Assembly: GCA_003598015.1 (NCBI GenBank)
Contig: QZKE01000066.1
Span: 11,820-75,819 of the forward strand
From: Actinomycetota bacterium
GTDB lineage: Bacteria; Actinomycetota; Geothermincolia; Geothermincolales; RBG-13-55-18
Length of the DNA: 64,000 nt
Reading direction: 5' to 3'
Shown here: one piece after another, positions 60,758 through 64,000 of the stretch
How positions within the stretch are numbered: the stretch's first letter is position 1
Layout: each line of letters starts with the position of its first letter
Position numbers and translations under genes: made by a program
The notes under the pieces: generated by a model
Seen by the model: the letters and a program-made list of their open reading frames with translations, nothing else
Told to the model about the DNA's origin: nothing
Databases searched by the model: none

Positions 60758-61336
60758 TTACTCGATCTTCGAGACCCCGCCCTCATCACGCCTCTTCCTG
60801 ATGAAGTGAAAGATGATCATGCTTAGCGGGACCAGGGTGGCGAAGAAGCCGAGATAGGCGGCATAGCCGAGATAGGGGAAGATCATCACCACCTTTCCCT
60901 CGATCTTGTCGATGGGGACCGGGATTCGGTCTGGCCTTTCGGCGGCGTCACCCTTGGTGACGAAATAGGTCAGGTCGTCACCGCCCACTTCCCCCACGAT
61001 GCGGTGGACATTTCTGCCGATCACGGGGTCGGTGAAGGAGATGATATCGCCCGGGTGATATTCATCCTGCGGGATCACGATGACCATGCTCCCCGTTCTG
61101 ATGGTGGGCTCCATCGAGCCGGAGATGATCACCCGGGCATGTATCCACGGATTCAAGGCGGAGAAGAGCAAGAGCAAGAAGAGGGAGAGAAAGAATCCCA
61201 TCACCGCCCAGGCCGATCCTACCAGGATATAGTACGCCGCCCGGTGTTTTCCGCGCAGATACTTGAAAGAGATCTCCCTGGACCATATTGCGCCTTGTTT
61301 CCGGTCTCCGCTGTGCGAGGTTCCCATGGGCAGCAT
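60758..61336 (-). CDS. Signal peptidase I, SipW/archaeal (S26B) type
   Basis: ISGSMEPT, GDIISF, VHRI (His general base), TKGD. Confidence 0.88.
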   Translation of the reverse strand: MLPMGTSHSGDRKQGAIWSREISFKYLRGKHRAAYYILVGSAWAVMGFFLSLFLLLLFSALNPWIHARVIISGSMEPTIRTGSMVIVIPQDEYHPGDIISFTDPVIGRNVHRIVGEVGGDDLTYFVTKGDAAERPDRIPVPIDKIEGKVVMIFPYLGYAAYLGFFATLVPLSMIIFHFIRKRRDEGGVSKIE

Positions 61337-61742
61337 TTTACCATTCTACAGGGGTGCTTCCATGACTTGAACTACGTCCGCCTGCAAGCCCGTACGTCTT
61401 GTACCCGCTCGAACCCGCGTGGATAGCTATAATCTTAGCAGAAAGAAAGCGTTGCCGTCAGAGCAACGAGAGGATCGCCGGAAGGGACCGGACCCTTACA
61501 GAGAACACGCAAGGCGCTTGAAGATGCGCGACAAGAAGGAGCGGGGAAGTGGCGTCAGGGATAGATGGAGGCCAGCTCTTGGATGAAGCCCTTTCGGGTT
61601 TGGTGCATTCACCCGATGGGAATCATTCATAAATACAGATAAACGAGTGGTGACGGCAATGCGGAGTGAGGGGAAGGGGTGATGCAATGCTCGGTTCATG
61701 CCTGCGTGTACTGGAGGTTTCGCGTCCCGGAAAGGAGGCAAC

Positions 61743-62039
61743 ATGTATGCACGGGTAATAACGGTTCTGGTCGATGTCTATCGTATAGATAGAGCCATAC
61801 AGATCTACGAGGAGTGCGTCCTCCCGGCGATCAAACTGCGGGAGGGAGGTATCGGCGCCATGCTTCTCGCCGACCGCAGTACCGGCAGGGGCATTTCCAT
61901 CTCCCTATGGGAAGACAAGGAAGCGCTGCTGGCAGCCCAGGAGAGCGGATTCATGCAGGAGCAGATCCGGAAATTCTCGGCCATGCTGATAGGAACGCCG
62001 GATATAGAGGCTCTAGAAGTGGCAATCAAAGACCCGTAG
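61743..62039 (+). CDS. Dimeric alpha-beta barrel (ABM-like) protein
   Basis: AAGGAGG RBS; MYARV...DRSTGRGISISLWE. Confidence 0.75.
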   Translation: MYARVITVLVDVYRIDRAIQIYEECVLPAIKLREGGIGAMLLADRSTGRGISISLWEDKEALLAAQESGFMQEQIRKFSAMLIGTPDIEALEVAIKDP

Positions 62040-62133
62040 AAGATTTACCCTGTATTGCCCCCGGAAAAGGGCGAAGAGAAGTAGGCATGGCGATGCCGTC
62101 TTCTCTTGGAGGAGCGAGATATAAGGAGAAAAA

Positions 62134-62445
62134 ATGGCTTTCAAGGCGGCTTTCATCGCCCATGCCCCGGACGCCGATCCGGCGCAACACAGGGCGGTCA
62201 TAGCAACGCCCAAGTACGAGCTCTTCGTCAGCGTGGTGAGGGATCAGGGCCAGGCGGTCGAGGAATGCAGGAGATTGGTGGCGGAGGAGGGCATCCATGC
62301 CGTAATGCTATGCCCGGGATTCACGCATGAGGATGTCGCCGGGATCGCGGAAGCGGTGGGCGAGGATGTCGGAGTCAACGTGGCCAGGGGAGACGGACCG
62401 AGCACCCGTATTGCCATGGAGACGATAATACGGGAATGGACCTGA
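62134..62445 (+). CDS. DUF6506-like protein
   Basis: AAGGAG RBS; KAAFI...EGIHAVMLCPGF. Confidence 0.75.
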   Translation: MAFKAAFIAHAPDADPAQHRAVIATPKYELFVSVVRDQGQAVEECRRLVAEEGIHAVMLCPGFTHEDVAGIAEAVGEDVGVNVARGDGPSTRIAMETIIREWT

Positions 62446-63073
62446 CCCGCCTGAAGAAATACCTTCGCACCATTCAGAGAACGAACGTATTAGCGCTGCA
62501 GGTCTTTAAATCTCCCGCGGCCCTTCGTGACGAGCGAAGACCGGTAAGGGATGGGATTATCGATACTCGGCGTCCAGATGTGGACAAGACCCCCATCAGG
62601 ATGGCTACCGTACCTGAATATCCCTGCTCCAAGTTGCGGCATTAAGCATTGATTCTCGCCTATACGGGAGCGATGCGGTTCGTCAATGCGAACTGGTTCT
62701 ATTGTCCTACCGGAAAACAGAATTCGCCAGCTTCTATTTTTGCTTACCTCCAACGCTTGTTTGGACTTGAGTACTGGCGAGGTCAGGCGATCGACCATCC
62801 AGTTCTCCACTGGGACCTCATGGATGAAGATCCACGTGTATTACTGAGGTTGTCCCGCTGGATCCAATCGAAACTGAAAGGCCAGTTCTAGTCACGACAT
62901 TTCCACAGTGCAGCGTGGAACCATGCAATTTGATTTCGAGAATCAGGCAGCACGACCCATTCCAGGCCCGCAAGCAAGATGTCGGGTATAATCTTGAGGG
63001 ATGGGAGAAGGGCGGCAGAGGGCATGTGCGTAATCGAAGAGGATATAGGCAGCGAGACTCGATGGAGGTCCAG

Positions 63074-63568
63074 ATGAAGACGTTAGTGGCGTATTTTTCC
63101 CAGACCGGAAACACCAAGAGGGTCGCGGAAGCCATCTATGGGGAGATCCCCGGTGAAAAGGACATCAAGGCCCTGGACGAACTCGAGGATCTCGAGGGAT
63201 ATGACCTCATTTTCTACGGATTTCCCATCCAGGCCGGCAACCCCGCAAAGGACGCGGGTGAGTTCCTCTCGGGTAGATGCAGCGGGAAGAAGATGGCGCT
63301 GTTCACCACCCACGGCGCGCCCGAGGACGCGGAACGGGTCAAGCCCTGGCTGGATAACGTGAGAAACCTGGTGGCGCAGGAGGGAGCGGAGCTGTTAGGG
63401 GTCTTCGACTGCCAGGGCGAAGTGGCCCAGGCGATCGTCGATTTCCTCCTGAGCAGCGACGATCCGGAACGCCGCAGGTACGGCCAGGAGACCGCCGAGG
63501 CAAAGGGCCTTCCGGACGAGGCGAGGCTCGAGCGGGCACGGTCCTTCGCCAGGGAAATAATCGCGTGA
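63074..63568 (+). CDS. Flavodoxin family protein
   Basis: LVAYFSQTGNTKRVAEAI, YDLIFYG, ALFTTHG, FDCQG. Confidence 0.9.
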   Translation: MKTLVAYFSQTGNTKRVAEAIYGEIPGEKDIKALDELEDLEGYDLIFYGFPIQAGNPAKDAGEFLSGRCSGKKMALFTTHGAPEDAERVKPWLDNVRNLVAQEGAELLGVFDCQGEVAQAIVDFLLSSDDPERRRYGQETAEAKGLPDEARLERARSFAREIIA

Positions 63569-63665
63569 TGGGATAAGGCCTCGAAAAACGTATATAGGTT
63601 AAGTACGGGGCAGTTTGCCCGATATAAGAGGCCTGATCCGATATGCACCGAAGGGGGAATGGAGA

Positions 63666-64000
63666 ATGCCGGACTTCAACCGCTTCTACACCGCCATCCT
63701 GAAAAGTTTCGGACCTTATCCGGTCATGATCCATGGAGACCGCGTCATAACCTATCGCGAGTTCGACGAGCAGACGAATCGCCTCGCCCATGCCCTGCTC
63801 GAGATGGGCATCGGGCGCGACGAGAACATCGGCATCGCGGAATACAACACCCCGGCCTTTCTCGAGGTGACCAGCGCGGCATTGAAGATGACCACCCGTG
63901 CCGTCACCCTGAATTTCAAATTCAAGGAATGGGAGCTTAAGCACGTCATCGAGGACGCGGGGATGACCGCCGTATTCTTCAACGAGGACCTTACCGACCG
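63666..64000 (+). CDS. AMP-binding acyl-CoA synthetase, 5' part (runs off the window)
   Basis: Hand translation MPDFNRF...HGDRVITYREFDEQTNRLAHALLEMGIG...N..AFLE...LNFKF...ELKHVIEDA; not in the ORF track because it has no stop. Confidence 0.8.
   Translation, partial: MPDFNRFYTAILKSFGPYPVMIHGDRVITYREFDEQTNRLAHALLEMGIGRDENIGIAEYNTPAFLEVTSAALKMTTRAVTLNFKFKEWELKHVIEDAGMTAVFFNEDLTD

Noticed and set aside
61340-61740. ncRNA in the long intergenic region
   Set aside because: Only short hairpins; no recognisable family without a covariance search.
62643-62648. Selenocysteine or pyrrolysine readthrough
   Set aside because: The interrupting stop is TAA, not TGA or TAG.

Overview
High-GC bacterial chromosome segment; gene content suggests an anaerobe, possibly a deep-branching actinobacterium (inference only). 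0.05-10.2 kb is an Mrp/Mnh-type cation/H+ antiporter operon (E-F-G-DUF4040-B-C plus three D/NuoL-like subunits, one fused to an SdrD-B/Cna-like domain) with accessory genes. Next come a GAF histidine kinase and receiver, ligA-gatC-(membrane gene)-gatA-gatB, gcvH/lpdA, and a LeuC/LeuD-like pair with an isocitrate-type dehydrogenase. A large ilvD-ilvBNC-aminotransferase-serA-leuACDB-ilvE-cimA cluster follows, then gltX and tRNA-Gln/tRNA-Glu. Downstream of tRNA-Glu is an accessory region with three degenerate copies of the tRNA 3' end plus terminator, each preceded by a shared 33-48 bp arm. These copies bound integrase-free islets of about 1, 0.9 and 7.2 kb, which is the most striking structure in the window. 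A GGGGTCAGGTCT REP-like palindrome family, a 37-bp inverted repeat and a 3x71-bp hairpin tandem repeat are also present. All product calls come from motif recognition by eye; no database searches were run.
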